From IMG/VR virus record IMGVR_UViG_3300028025_000094: a stretch of DNA of 64,000 nucleotides; one strand, written 5' to 3'. Each line of letters opens with the position of its first letter. Position 1 is the first letter of the stretch. The notes under the pieces are model-generated. The model saw only the letters and a list, made by a program, of their open reading frames with translations, was not told the origin of the DNA and ran no database searches. Made by a program: the position numbers and the translations under genes. Shown one piece after another: positions 10,727-21,471 of the stretch. The stretch comes from an uncultured virus (IMG/VR IMGVR_UViG_3300028025_000094) (lineage: Duplodnaviria > Heunggongvirae > Uroviricota > Caudoviricetes).

Positions 10727-13315
10727 ATGGCTAATTACAAATTTAAAAATTCGGAAGGCATAGTATTTGACACCAACAGTCGGGGTATCGGTATACCCAC
10801 TGTTGATGATATAGCAAATGCACCTACCTCGAGTATTGCTCAAGGTTCTATTCTTTATGCAGTAGCACAGAAAAAGATTTACTCCTTTGATGGATTAGTT
10901 TGGGTGGTCTCAGCTGGTACATCAGGCTCTGCTGGTTCATCAGGTGCATCGGGAACTGCTGGATCCTCTGGTACAGGGGGAACTTCAGGAACATCCGGAA
11001 GCTCGGGTGCAACGGGATCTTCTGGTACTTCTGGTACATCTGGGGATAATGGATCCTCAGGATCTAGTGGTTCTACCGGATCTTCCGGCTCATCAGGTTC
11101 ATCCGGATCAACAGGATCATCAGGCACAGCCGGATCTTCTGGATCAACTGGATCCTCCGGATCTTCGGGTAGTTCAGGATCAACCGGAACATCTGGATCC
11201 TCTGGAATTTCTTTGAATTGGCGCAGCACTTACTCTGCAGGTACCACATACAATGTCAATGATATAGTTTATTTGAACGGAACGTCCTATGTTTCGTTGA
11301 TCAATAGTAATATAGGTAACACTCCAAGTTCCTCTCCTGCTCAATGGGCAGTCATAGCACAGGCAGGAACATCAGGAACTGCTGGATCCAGTGGAACATC
11401 AGGTTCTTCCGGTGCAGCGGGATCTTCTGGTAGTTCAGGATCCTCTGGACAGTCTGGTGCTGCAGGATCTTCGGGTAGTTCAGGATCTTCGGGACAATCT
11501 GGTGCTGCAGGATCATCTGGATCTTCGGGTAGCACAGGATCTTCGGGAACATCGGGAACAAGGGGATCGTCAGGAACATCAGGAACTGCGGGCAGTTCGG
11601 GATCATCAGGCCAAACTGGGGGCGCAGGCTCATCGGGTAGTTCAGGATCTTCGGGCCAAACGGGGGGAGTAGGTAGTTCAGGATCCTCTGGCAGTTCTGG
11701 TCAAAACGGAGCAGCGGGTAGTTCGGGGTCTAGCGGACAAAACGGTGCTGCCGGTTCTTCTGGCACATCTGGATCTGGAACTGGGACGGTATCAGGAACA
11801 ACCAATTATGTAGCTAAATTTACTAACTCGACAACTGTAGGCAATTCGCAAATCTTCGATAATGGAACTACTATTGGAATCGGTACGACAACACCTACTT
11901 CCGGTTCCCGCTTTGAAATTTCAGGCTCTGGCGTCTGGGACGGCGCAGTGATCACTCTAACTAACACAGGAACTTCGGGACGTTCATGGTCTATCTTTTC
12001 TACTAATACCTCTTTCTCTCAAGGTGGCGGAAAATTTCTACTTTACAACGCAACAGCAGGAACTGATGCATTTATTGTTGATAGCTCTAATAATGTTGGA
12101 ATAGGTACTACATCACCTGGACAAAAGTTACATGTTGCTGGTTTTACTAGAACCCATGGTATATCATTAAATGATGGTGCAGTAGCAGGTTTTATAGGAT
12201 ATGAAAAATCATGGCTTGGGTCTGGTTCAAATGACGTAGCAATAGCATCTGAAGGCGGTAATAATATTAGGTTTTATACCAACGGTACTACCTCAGTAAG
12301 AATGATGATTAACACTAGCGGTAACGTCGGTATCAATACAACTTCTCCTCAATCTCTTTTAAATGTAAATTTAGGAGCTGGCAATTCAACTTATGGAACT
12401 CCTGCTATCTGGGTTGGAGGTACAAGTAATTATGACAGCTTAACCCTTGGTATAAAAGGAGGGTACGATGCTTTTATTGCAACATATGGGAATGATCTTC
12501 ATATTTATTCAGGCAACTGGAAAAGCACAGCAACTGCTACAGAGAATCATAACATTCATTTTTACACATCTCAAAATGGTTCTACCAACTGGAATACTGC
12601 TAAAATGTTTCTTCAATATGATGGAAACTTTGGTGTGGGCACAACCTCTCCATCAGCGAGAATTCAGGCATACAAAGACGGAGGTAACGGATCTGGGGGA
12701 CTTGGTGATTTTGGGGTGGTTGTAACATCAACATCATCTTCTGGTACTTATCAGGCAACCATAGGAGCAATGAATATTCAAGCTGGTGGATATGCAAATT
12801 TAAATCTTGGGGATTCCGATGGGATAAGTGGAACAAGATATTTTTGGCATATTAGTAAGAGATTACCCTCTGCTACTGAATTAGGATCAGGAGGTAGAAA
12901 TCTTTCCTATTACTGGTATGATGGAAGTGGCTTTACTGTTAAGTTTGCTTTTGGCACTGGAGGATCTTTTTATGCGGCATCAGATGTTGTTGCTTATGCA
13001 TCATCCGATATTAGATTAAAAGAGAATATGGTTAAAATAGATTCTGCCTTAAATAAAATATCTCAGCTTAATGGGTATTCTTTTACATGGAATGACAAAC
13101 AAAGTACATATACCCCTGGCAAAAAAGATTTGGGGGTGAGCGCGCAAGAAGTTGAAAATATATTTCCTGAAATAGTTAAAGATAGGGAAAATGGAACCAA
13201 AGGAGTTATGTACGATAAATTAGTTCCGGTTCTTATCGAAGCAATCAAAGAACAACAGACACAAATTGAAGATTTAAAGAAGGCTCTTTTTAATGTTATT
13301 GATAATCAATCATAA
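10727..13315 (+). CDS. Tail fibre 2 with S74 chaperone
   Basis: Shared N-anchor MANYKFKNSEG; GSS repeats; SSDIRLKEN...LGVSAQEVE. Confidence 0.85.
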   Translation: MANYKFKNSEGIVFDTNSRGIGIPTVDDIANAPTSSIAQGSILYAVAQKKIYSFDGLVWVVSAGTSGSAGSSGASGTAGSSGTGGTSGTSGSSGATGSSGTSGTSGDNGSSGSSGSTGSSGSSGSSGSTGSSGTAGSSGSTGSSGSSGSSGSTGTSGSSGISLNWRSTYSAGTTYNVNDIVYLNGTSYVSLINSNIGNTPSSSPAQWAVIAQAGTSGTAGSSGTSGSSGAAGSSGSSGSSGQSGAAGSSGSSGSSGQSGAAGSSGSSGSTGSSGTSGTRGSSGTSGTAGSSGSSGQTGGAGSSGSSGSSGQTGGVGSSGSSGSSGQNGAAGSSGSSGQNGAAGSSGTSGSGTGTVSGTTNYVAKFTNSTTVGNSQIFDNGTTIGIGTTTPTSGSRFEISGSGVWDGAVITLTNTGTSGRSWSIFSTNTSFSQGGGKFLLYNATAGTDAFIVDSSNNVGIGTTSPGQKLHVAGFTRTHGISLNDGAVAGFIGYEKSWLGSGSNDVAIASEGGNNIRFYTNGTTSVRMMINTSGNVGINTTSPQSLLNVNLGAGNSTYGTPAIWVGGTSNYDSLTLGIKGGYDAFIATYGNDLHIYSGNWKSTATATENHNIHFYTSQNGSTNWNTAKMFLQYDGNFGVGTTSPSARIQAYKDGGNGSGGLGDFGVVVTSTSSSGTYQATIGAMNIQAGGYANLNLGDSDGISGTRYFWHISKRLPSATELGSGGRNLSYYWYDGSGFTVKFAFGTGGSFYAASDVVAYASSDIRLKENMVKIDSALNKISQLNGYSFTWNDKQSTYTPGKKDLGVSAQEVENIFPEIVKDRENGTKGVMYDKLVPVLIEAIKEQQTQIEDLKKALFNVIDNQS

Positions 13316-13337
13316 CTTTCCCTTTCTTTTTTACTCT

Positions 13338-13345
13338 GATATATA
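13338..13345 (+). promoter_or_regulatory. Putative late promoter GATATATA
   Basis: 20 nt upstream of 13366. Confidence 0.7.
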
Positions 13346-13365
13346 ACTATAATAAACTAGTGTAA

Positions 13366-16300
13366 ATGTCGGGATATAAAATCACGAACTCAGATGGTGT
13401 TGTCATAGTAGCTAATGGAAAAGGTATCACCGTTCCTGTTGTTGATTCTATTAATAATGCTTCCAATTCAATGCCTGAGGGTACTATCCTCTATTCTTCT
13501 GCAACCAAGCAGATTTATAGATTTGACGGTACTGCCTGGCTGATAGCGGCAGGTTCTTCTGGTACAGCTGGTTCTTCTGGATCGTCAGGTTCTTCCGGAT
13601 CTACAGGTACATCGGGTTCATCCGGTACTGTTGGATCTTCTGGGTCATCAGGTTCTTCTGGAACTTCAGGAACTAGGGGATCTTCTGGATCTTCGGGGAC
13701 TGCGGGAACTGCAGGAACATCAGGTTCTTCCGGATCATCAGGTACAACTGGCTCTTCTGGATCGTCGGGTACAACTGGCTCTTCAGGTTCATCCGGATCT
13801 GGAGGAAGCAGTGGATCCTCAGGTTCTTCTGGTGCTAGTGGATCATCAGGATCTACTGGTACATCCGGCCAATCAGTACCTGGAGGTCTTTCAATTCAAT
13901 ACGGAGGAACCACATTAGATAATGCAAGTTGGGTTTCTCAACAAATATCTTATTCTGGTGCTAATTTAACTTCTAATTCAGGAACTCTTTATATTTCAGG
14001 AACAGACGGAAACGGTAATGCAATTCAAAATGGAAGCACCGCAACTCTCTTAGATCAATTAGTAGATGTTGCTACCAATGGTGCTTTAGGTCATGTACTC
14101 GTGATCTTTGAAAGAGCAGACCGCAGCAAAGCCAATTTTTATAGTTACACTGCATTCACAAAAAGAACACCGACTGGTAACACAGATGCTTCGATCAGTT
14201 CCCTAGTTTATCTAGGTGGATCTGCAACAAGCACGTTTACTGCTCCGTGTATCTCATTTGTTATTGTGGGTAGAACAGGTCAATTAGGTTCTTCAGGAAC
14301 CTCAGGAAGTTCGGGATCCTCGGGTCAATCAGGAGCTGTCGGGTCATCAGGTAGTTCAGGATCAACCGGTACATCAGGCACAAGCGGTTCCGCCGGATCT
14401 AGTGGTATTGAAGGCGGGGGATTATTTACAGTAAGCACCTCAGGTTTTGATTACTTAATTAGTGGTTACTCTGGTTCTTTCCCAGCTTTAACATTGGTCA
14501 GAGGTCAACTCTATTACTTTAATGTCGCAGGGGTATCAGCATCACATCCTATTGCTCTAAGATTATCAAGCGGTAACACCGCTTCTGTACCAGGAACTAC
14601 TAATAATGATCCGGTAAATGGAAAATTTAATACTAGCGTTCCTATAATTTATAGAGTGCCTTACGATGCTCCTAACAGCATAGTTTATCAGTGTATTGTT
14701 CATGGTAGCATGATTGCTACAATTAATATTGTAAATCAAAACGGCACATCGGGAACCTCAGGAACCTCAGGAACCTCAGGAACAAGCGGATCGAGTGGAT
14801 CTTCCGGAACAAGCGGAACTTCAGGATCTTCAGGAACAAGCGGAACTTCAGGTTCTGCTGGTAGCTCTGGTCAAACCGGTGCTGCTGGTTCTGCCGGTTC
14901 TTCTGGATCAACGGGATCTTCTGGAACTTCAGGAACAAGTGGTTCTTCAGGAACAAGCGGAACTTCAGGTTCTGCTGGTAGCTCTGGTCAAACCGGTGCT
15001 GCTGGATCTTCTGGTTCTTCCGGAACAAGTGGAACTTCAGGAACTTCAGGATCTACTGGAACTTCTGGATCTTCAGGATCTACTGGTTCTTCTGGATCCT
15101 CAGGATCAACGGGATCTTCTGGAACTTCAGGAACAAGAGGTTCTTCAGGAACAAGCGGAACTTCAGGTTCTGCTGGTAGCTCCGGTCAAACTGGTGCTGC
15201 TGGTTCTTCTGGTTCTTCGGGAACAAGTGGAAGTTCTGGGGTCAGTGCAGTATACGCAGGTAGTAGTACAACCAGCATTAACCTTGGTTCTTTAGCGGTC
15301 GGAACTAACACAACACTGACTACATCTACAGGCCTTTCATATACAGTTTCGCAGGGTATAATTGTAGCATATGATATTAATAATTCTTTTACCGGTGATG
15401 TTGTATCTTATAATGCAAATACAGGTTCATTAACTTTAAAGGTATCTGCAATATATGGTTCAGGTACGTATGCTTCATGGACAACAAACTTAGAAGGAGC
15501 CGCAGGAGGTTCCGGATCTAGTGGTAGTTCTGGATCCTCCGGACAAACAGGGGCAGCTGGTTCTTCTGGATCTTCTGGACAAACCGGAGGTGCAGGTTCT
15601 TCTGGAAGCTCGGGATCCTCTGGGCAAACGGGAGGCGCAGGTTCGTCTGGTAGTTCTGGGTCTTCTGGACAAACCGGGGGTACGGGTTCTTCTGGTAGTT
15701 CTGGGTCTTCTGGACAAACCGGGGGTACAGGTTCTTCTGGTAGTTCTGGCTCATCTGGACAAAATGGAGGAGCGGGATCATCAGGATCATCAGGATCTTC
15801 TGGACAAACGGGGGGTGCAGGTTCATCGGGTTCGTCTGGATCCTCCGGGGTATCTCCAACGTTAACAGACACGTTAGCAACAGTAACCGCTAGAGGTGCA
15901 TCAACTACAGCAGCAATAACTATTTCAAAAGAAGCTTTAGCTTATGGGGGTACTACTCAATCATTTTTAATAGACGGAGCAGGGGGTAATGCAGCTCTTA
16001 CTATTAACGCAGCATCTGCTTATGCTTATTTAAACTTTGCCCAAACCGGTGCAACAAAATGGGAAATAGGAGCTGAAGGTGCTACAACAAATAAAGGAAG
16101 TTTATATTTTAATCATAATATACAATCAGGCTCTGCGGGTGCTGCATTATATCTTAAAAAATCTAATGGCTATGTTGGTATATTAAATATAGATCCCCAA
16201 GTTCCTTTACATGTAACGGGTGCAGGTACGTTTACTGGTAATATAAATGCTGCAAACTTTAGTGGTACAAGTAGTGGTACAAATACAGGTGATCAAACTA

Positions 16301-17202
16301 ATATCAGTGGTAATGCAGGAACGGCAACAACATTCTCCACCACGAGAACCAATTATAAAGGAGTAACAGATGGAGCAGTAGCAGGCCAATTGATGTGGAA
16401 GAACTATGGAAATCTTCATACCCTATTTGATGCCTCTGCAGCCACATCTCCGAGCGGTGGAGCAATAAGTAGACATACCCCAGATTATCCAGTTAGTGTA
16501 GCGGATGGGGGTAACTCATGGGGTGTTAATATAAATTTAATGGGGTGGAATGGTTCTAATACCTATGGTGTAAAAGTAGATTGGTCCAGATATTCAGAAA
16601 GTGCTGGTTTAGCAACCCAAGTAGTTACTATACAAGATACTGCGCCTTCAGCTTCTAACGGTAAGTTGTGGTGGGAAAGTGATACTGGTAGGCTAAAAGT
16701 TTATTACGGCACAGCCTCTGCTTGGGTAGACGCCCAGCCGATTCCAGATACTTCCCTTTATTATCCTAAGGCAGGAGGTACAATTAATGGAGATGTGTCA
16801 ATTCAGCTAACCCTTAATGTGGTTGGAAATACCCTTGTCCAAGGGAATATTAGTTCATTTGGCGATATAATAGCTTATAGTAGTTCTGATATTAAATTAA
16901 AAGATAACATTAGAGTTATTGAATCCCCGCTTGAAAAAATATCTAAAATAAATGGAGTCTCATTTAACTGGAACGATAAGCAATCAGTGTATGAAGTAGG
17001 TAAAAAAGATTACGGGGTAATTGCTCAGGAGGTTGAAGAGGTGCTACCTGAACTTGTGACTACAAGGGAAAATGGATATAAAGCAGTACGCTATGAAAAA
17101 ATAGTATCATTGCTTATTGAATCAACCAAAGCACAGCAAGCTCAGATAGAAGATCTTAAGAATGAAGTAAATAAATTAACAGAAAAACTTAATAATTCGT
17201 AA
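13366..17202 (+). CDS. Tail fibre 3 with an internal cupredoxin-like domain and S74 chaperone
   Basis: Shared N-anchor; SHP...YQCIVHGSM; SSDIKLKDN...YGVIAQEVE. Confidence 0.85.
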   Translation: MSGYKITNSDGVVIVANGKGITVPVVDSINNASNSMPEGTILYSSATKQIYRFDGTAWLIAAGSSGTAGSSGSSGSSGSTGTSGSSGTVGSSGSSGSSGTSGTRGSSGSSGTAGTAGTSGSSGSSGTTGSSGSSGTTGSSGSSGSGGSSGSSGSSGASGSSGSTGTSGQSVPGGLSIQYGGTTLDNASWVSQQISYSGANLTSNSGTLYISGTDGNGNAIQNGSTATLLDQLVDVATNGALGHVLVIFERADRSKANFYSYTAFTKRTPTGNTDASISSLVYLGGSATSTFTAPCISFVIVGRTGQLGSSGTSGSSGSSGQSGAVGSSGSSGSTGTSGTSGSAGSSGIEGGGLFTVSTSGFDYLISGYSGSFPALTLVRGQLYYFNVAGVSASHPIALRLSSGNTASVPGTTNNDPVNGKFNTSVPIIYRVPYDAPNSIVYQCIVHGSMIATINIVNQNGTSGTSGTSGTSGTSGSSGSSGTSGTSGSSGTSGTSGSAGSSGQTGAAGSAGSSGSTGSSGTSGTSGSSGTSGTSGSAGSSGQTGAAGSSGSSGTSGTSGTSGSTGTSGSSGSTGSSGSSGSTGSSGTSGTRGSSGTSGTSGSAGSSGQTGAAGSSGSSGTSGSSGVSAVYAGSSTTSINLGSLAVGTNTTLTTSTGLSYTVSQGIIVAYDINNSFTGDVVSYNANTGSLTLKVSAIYGSGTYASWTTNLEGAAGGSGSSGSSGSSGQTGAAGSSGSSGQTGGAGSSGSSGSSGQTGGAGSSGSSGSSGQTGGTGSSGSSGSSGQTGGTGSSGSSGSSGQNGGAGSSGSSGSSGQTGGAGSSGSSGSSGVSPTLTDTLATVTARGASTTAAITISKEALAYGGTTQSFLIDGAGGNAALTINAASAYAYLNFAQTGATKWEIGAEGATTNKGSLYFNHNIQSGSAGAALYLKKSNGYVGILNIDPQVPLHVTGAGTFTGNINAANFSGTSSGTNTGDQTNISGNAGTATTFSTTRTNYKGVTDGAVAGQLMWKNYGNLHTLFDASAATSPSGGAISRHTPDYPVSVADGGNSWGVNINLMGWNGSNTYGVKVDWSRYSESAGLATQVVTIQDTAPSASNGKLWWESDTGRLKVYYGTASAWVDAQPIPDTSLYYPKAGGTINGDVSIQLTLNVVGNTLVQGNISSFGDIIAYSSSDIKLKDNIRVIESPLEKISKINGVSFNWNDKQSVYEVGKKDYGVIAQEVEEVLPELVTTRENGYKAVRYEKIVSLLIESTKAQQAQIEDLKNEVNKLTEKLNNS

Positions 17203-17235
17203 GATGGTATCATTAATATTAAAAGGACTTTAGCT

Positions 17236-18267
17236 ATGGCATTTTCATTTCCAGCATCACCAACTACGGGAACTCAGTTTATTGCTCCTACTGGAATCAT
17301 ATACGTTTGGGACGGAACCTGGACAACGTCAGGGGCTACTCAAACAACTAATCCATTTGGTAGTAGCTTTTTATATAGAACCATTTATACAAAAGGTTAT
17401 ATGAGTGGAGGGTATAAAAGCAGTGCTCCCTGGAGGAATGTTAATAAAACTATTCATTCCACAGACATGACAACCAACTTGGGTGATCTGTTAGTTTATC
17501 AGAGTAGTTACATTGGAGGAGGATTTAGTGATTATAGAACTTACGTTTATCCTAGTACTGGAGCTGTTCAGGGCTCGGGTACAATAGTAGAATCTATGAG
17601 TATGTCAACCGAAACAATGTCTTCATTAGATTCTGCTAGATATTTAAAAACTTCACGTACTGACTGTGAAGCATTATTGACTCCTTCTTTAACCGCTGCA
17701 TATATCGTCGGGGGAGGATCATCGGCGGTTGATAGACATAACTATACAACCGATATCATGCTCAATTCGGGAACAGCTCCAGCATCTCCTTTAAGTGGAG
17801 GTACAGCTGGGGGACTTGGCTCGCTATTTGGTCAATTTAAAGCTTGGATTTCTCAAGGTGCAGGTTCTTCATTTACATGGGCTACGGAAACTTGGGCTAC
17901 TGGGGGGATGAGTTGGTCATCCGATGGACAGCCAAAAGGTTTATCTAGCAAGCATGGCCACGGATATGGGGGTAGTGGTTCATATGCAGGATCAGTAAAC
18001 CTAAGTAAGTTTAGTGAATCAACTGGAACAAATCTTGCAACTGTTGCTAGAAATAAAACTAATGGAGAAGAAAACTTTGAGATTGGACAGAACTGGGGGT
18101 ATATGCTTGGTGCATATGATGGTGCTGCTCAAAATAATGATACTGCTAGACTTAACTATTTAACCGATGTCTGGACAGCTTTAGGTAGCGACGCTCAACC
18201 AAAGGGTCACGATGGTGCATCCTCTGGTTGTTGCGCATCAGGATCAGCAGCGTTTATTGGTTATTAA
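17236..18267 (+). CDS. Gly/Ser/Thr-rich putative virion protein (beta-repeat, propeller-like)
   Basis: N-terminal FPASPTTGTQF...YVWDG motif typical of phage tail proteins; repeated GY/AYxxGG units. Confidence 0.55.
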   Translation: MAFSFPASPTTGTQFIAPTGIIYVWDGTWTTSGATQTTNPFGSSFLYRTIYTKGYMSGGYKSSAPWRNVNKTIHSTDMTTNLGDLLVYQSSYIGGGFSDYRTYVYPSTGAVQGSGTIVESMSMSTETMSSLDSARYLKTSRTDCEALLTPSLTAAYIVGGGSSAVDRHNYTTDIMLNSGTAPASPLSGGTAGGLGSLFGQFKAWISQGAGSSFTWATETWATGGMSWSSDGQPKGLSSKHGHGYGGSGSYAGSVNLSKFSESTGTNLATVARNKTNGEENFEIGQNWGYMLGAYDGAAQNNDTARLNYLTDVWTALGSDAQPKGHDGASSGCCASGSAAFIGY

Positions 18268-18303
18268 ATTAGTATGATGTATTTATAATTAAGTTAAAAC
18301 AAA

Positions 18304-18846
18304 ATGAAATATTTTATTATAAGATTTTATAGAGAAATTCCTAATATTATAGGTATGACCTCTTTAATTTTTTTAGACTCCTATGGTGTATTCTCAGCTA
18401 CTCCGGAAGCAGAAGCTGAATTAGACGAACTTAATCTTAGCATGGAAGAAATTTCGGAAGATGAAGCTTGGATCGGAATCAGGTTTTATGCCATCTCTAG
18501 GGATTATCGTAAAGCATATTCTGCTGTGGAAGGATTAGAGCCCGATGAAGAAGGTGGTTCTAAAACTAAAGTATACCATACTGAGCATACTAAAGAGGTT
18601 ACTCTTAGCTTAATGAAAAAGATTACTAAGCGTAGGATCGTCGATGAGTTTAACAGAAGAGAGGATCAGACCAATAAAGATTCTGTTTTAGCTTCTGTTG
18701 ATGCTTGTACCTCTATTTGGGATATTAATATTCTAAGAGAAAATTTGCTTGGCGTAGAAATGCCGATATATCAAGCTGTTGATATGGGACTATTTAATGA
18801 AAACGGTTTACGCAAGGTACCCGTAGATTATAGCAAAGGATTTTAA
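18304..18846 (+). CDS. Hypothetical protein
   Basis: 180-aa ORF with AT-rich leader, co-oriented with neighbours. Confidence 0.7.
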   Translation: MKYFIIRFYREIPNIIGMTSLIFLDSYGVFSATPEAEAELDELNLSMEEISEDEAWIGIRFYAISRDYRKAYSAVEGLEPDEEGGSKTKVYHTEHTKEVTLSLMKKITKRRIVDEFNRREDQTNKDSVLASVDACTSIWDINILRENLLGVEMPIYQAVDMGLFNENGLRKVPVDYSKGF

Positions 18847-18868
18847 TTAAACACACAAAAAAAAACGT

Positions 18869-19747
18869 ATGAAAACAGTGAAAATGCTATCGCTAATGTT
18901 AGCAGCTTTGCTCGTTACTACATTGTCATTTGGTCAATACAGTAACAGCGCAATCAAACAGGGATCTGAGCAAACCCTTAAATCTCAGGACACAGCTAAG
19001 AATGAGTTACAAGAAATCATTGTAACCGCTAAAAAAGTTCCATTGATGACCAAAGTAGGACCTTATGGTCAACCTCTTTGGACAACAATGAGAATGTTTG
19101 CCTCCACAAGGGTTTATGTAATGAACCCTCCAGGTACAGCCATGTATGAGAAGTGGTTTGATATTAGACAAAGAAGAAACGGACCAGCACAAATCAGAAT
19201 GAGAGATGAATTCACATTTGGTTTAGGTAAGAGATTACAATTGGATTTATATTCTCACACAGTTTATGATGGTGAAAATGGTGACAAGGAATTTAAATGG
19301 AGAGGATTTTCTTGGGAGTTTAGATACGCTCTAGCTGATTGGGGTAAGCTATGGGGTAATCCAACTCTTTATTATGAAATGAAAATGCTTGATGGCCGTT
19401 GGGGGATTGAACCTAAACTACTATTAGGTGATAGAATCGGTAAAAGTGGCATCTGGGGTTTCAATGCAATCTATGAAGGTAACTTAGCTGGAGCCAAAGA
19501 AGAACAAGAAAGAGAATACGCATACACCGCTTCGTATGGTAATATTATCAACAATGATTTAACATTAGGGGTGTCACACATGTTTAGATATAACGATTAT
19601 GAGGGAGGTTTTCAAGAATGGTATCTTGGACCACTTGTACAATATCGTTTCAACAACAAAGCATATTTAAACATTGAGCATATGCCGGGTCTTAATCAAG
19701 ATGCTAAACAATCTAGAACCACAATTATATTCGCATGGAGATTTTAA
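18869..19747 (+). CDS. Outer-membrane beta-barrel protein with Sec signal peptide
   Basis: Signal peptide ending TLSFG|Q, LQEIIVTAKK linker, amphipathic strands, C-terminal IIFAWRF beta-signal. Confidence 0.75.
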   Translation: MKTVKMLSLMLAALLVTTLSFGQYSNSAIKQGSEQTLKSQDTAKNELQEIIVTAKKVPLMTKVGPYGQPLWTTMRMFASTRVYVMNPPGTAMYEKWFDIRQRRNGPAQIRMRDEFTFGLGKRLQLDLYSHTVYDGENGDKEFKWRGFSWEFRYALADWGKLWGNPTLYYEMKMLDGRWGIEPKLLLGDRIGKSGIWGFNAIYEGNLAGAKEEQEREYAYTASYGNIINNDLTLGVSHMFRYNDYEGGFQEWYLGPLVQYRFNNKAYLNIEHMPGLNQDAKQSRTTIIFAWRF

Positions 19748-20739
19748 TCAAAGGGCAAGAGTTCCTTGTCTATTTAATATTGATTATGTTCGTAACAGGT
19801 ATTCTTAAAGAAAGAGGATATCTTATGGATATTTTCAGTTTGCTGGAACAAAAAGTTAAGTCAAAAAAGATGGTGGTATTTCTAGTATCACTATTCGGTG
19901 GTATTCTACCCATTCCTGGGCGTGTTGCTTTATCAGCATCTATGTTAAATAGTATTGCCCCAGTTGATAATAAAAAGCGTAAGAAGTTTGGTATTATTGA
20001 TTACTTAGCGACCCATCATTATTATTTATGGTCACCGTTAGAAAAAACTGTAATTATTCCAATGGCAGTACTTGGCTTAACGTATGCTAAATTCATGGCT
20101 TATATCTGGCCACTTCTTTTAATCACCGGTTTGTACATTACCTATTACATTTTATCTCTAGACGATGATGAAATTGACATTGAGATTAAAGAGGGTCCAA
20201 TTAATTGGAAAAACATTTTTTATATCGTTCTACCTTTTTTAGGAACAATATTGATAAGTTGTTTTACCAATTATTATTTCATTGCATTTGCTTGTTTCAC
20301 TTCTTATTTGGTTGCATATTCGAAATCGTGGAATAAATTGTTTGACTATATTAATTGGGAATTAATCTGGATTGTGGCAGTTATAATTATCCTTGGTAAT
20401 TTGGCTGGTAGTTATTATCCGATAATGGAAAATTACATTAAACAATATAGCACACCTTCTGGTATATTATTTGTTTCAATGTTAGGATTCTTAGCATCGT
20501 TCCTTTTAGGATCATCAGCAAAGTACGCAGGTATTGTTAGTCTATTAACTAGTGTGTTCGGTATGCAGTATTTTGTTTTATTCTTCACATTAGAATATTC
20601 AGCATATCTAATATCGCCAGCACATAAATGCTTACCAATAGGTCAAAAATATTTTCATACTGGGTTCATGACTTATTTAAAAGCATTGATAATTTGGATA
20701 TCTATTATGATAACCTATGCTCTATTAACTATTTTGTAA
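19735..20739 (+). CDS. Polytopic inner-membrane transporter (ion-transporter superfamily / DUF401-like)
   Basis: About 9-10 hydrophobic segments; GGILPIPGRVALSA and ISPAHKCL motifs; 13-nt overlap with the OMP gene. Confidence 0.65.
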   Translation: MEILIKGQEFLVYLILIMFVTGILKERGYLMDIFSLLEQKVKSKKMVVFLVSLFGGILPIPGRVALSASMLNSIAPVDNKKRKKFGIIDYLATHHYYLWSPLEKTVIIPMAVLGLTYAKFMAYIWPLLLITGLYITYYILSLDDDEIDIEIKEGPINWKNIFYIVLPFLGTILISCFTNYYFIAFACFTSYLVAYSKSWNKLFDYINWELIWIVAVIIILGNLAGSYYPIMENYIKQYSTPSGILFVSMLGFLASFLLGSSAKYAGIVSLLTSVFGMQYFVLFFTLEYSAYLISPAHKCLPIGQKYFHTGFMTYLKALIIWISIMITYALLTIL

Positions 20740-20757
20740 AATATTAATCAAAAGAAT

Positions 20758-21471
20758 ATGGAAAAACAAGACATTTTAAAACTGGTAGAAAGTCACGGAG
20801 GATGGAGTATGAGCGATTTTCAGAGTCGGTATTTTGTAGTAAACTCACAAGTTACTGACTATCGTAGAGTTAGACAGGCTTTGCTAGAAATCGAAACTCG
20901 TATTTCTGCTAAGAAACAAATTGTTCGTGATTGTAAAAGATCAGAAATTAAACTAAAAATTAAAGAAAGAGATTTTACTATTGAGCTCGGTGATCTTGAA
21001 AAAGAACTTATTCTTTTAGATATTGATCAACTCCAATATGACATTTCTGTATACTCAAAAAAACTAAGAGTTGTAGAAGAGGAGCTTGACGGATTCGTAA
21101 AGCTTGTTCTGGAGATTGTTCCTACCCTTGCAGATCTTGAGACATATAAAGAACATAATGAAGAGCTTGAAAGGGAATACTGGATTTATCGTATGGCAAA
21201 ACAGGCTAGTGTAGATATGGTAACTACTGGAAGAATTGGTGCTGGTAACTTAGATTCGATTGCTATGATGGCACCACAGGATCAAGCTCTTACTATTGGT
21301 TCTGCTTTATTGAACTCAAAGAAGCTTACTTCAGGTATTAATAGAATTGAAGAAGCTCTTGATACTAACAGCAATCTCCTTGGTAGCAACTTTCCGGGAT
21401 TGTTTGACAAAGGCGATCTTATTGGACTGATGTCTAACAAAAAGGAAAAAACTGATGGCGAAGATATTTAG
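20758..21471 (+). CDS. Coiled-coil hypothetical protein
   Basis: MSDFQSRYFVVNSQVTDYRRVRQALLEIE followed by heptad-rich helices. Confidence 0.7.
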   Translation: MEKQDILKLVESHGGWSMSDFQSRYFVVNSQVTDYRRVRQALLEIETRISAKKQIVRDCKRSEIKLKIKERDFTIELGDLEKELILLDIDQLQYDISVYSKKLRVVEEELDGFVKLVLEIVPTLADLETYKEHNEELEREYWIYRMAKQASVDMVTTGRIGAGNLDSIAMMAPQDQALTIGSALLNSKKLTSGINRIEEALDTNSNLLGSNFPGLFDKGDLIGLMSNKKEKTDGEDI

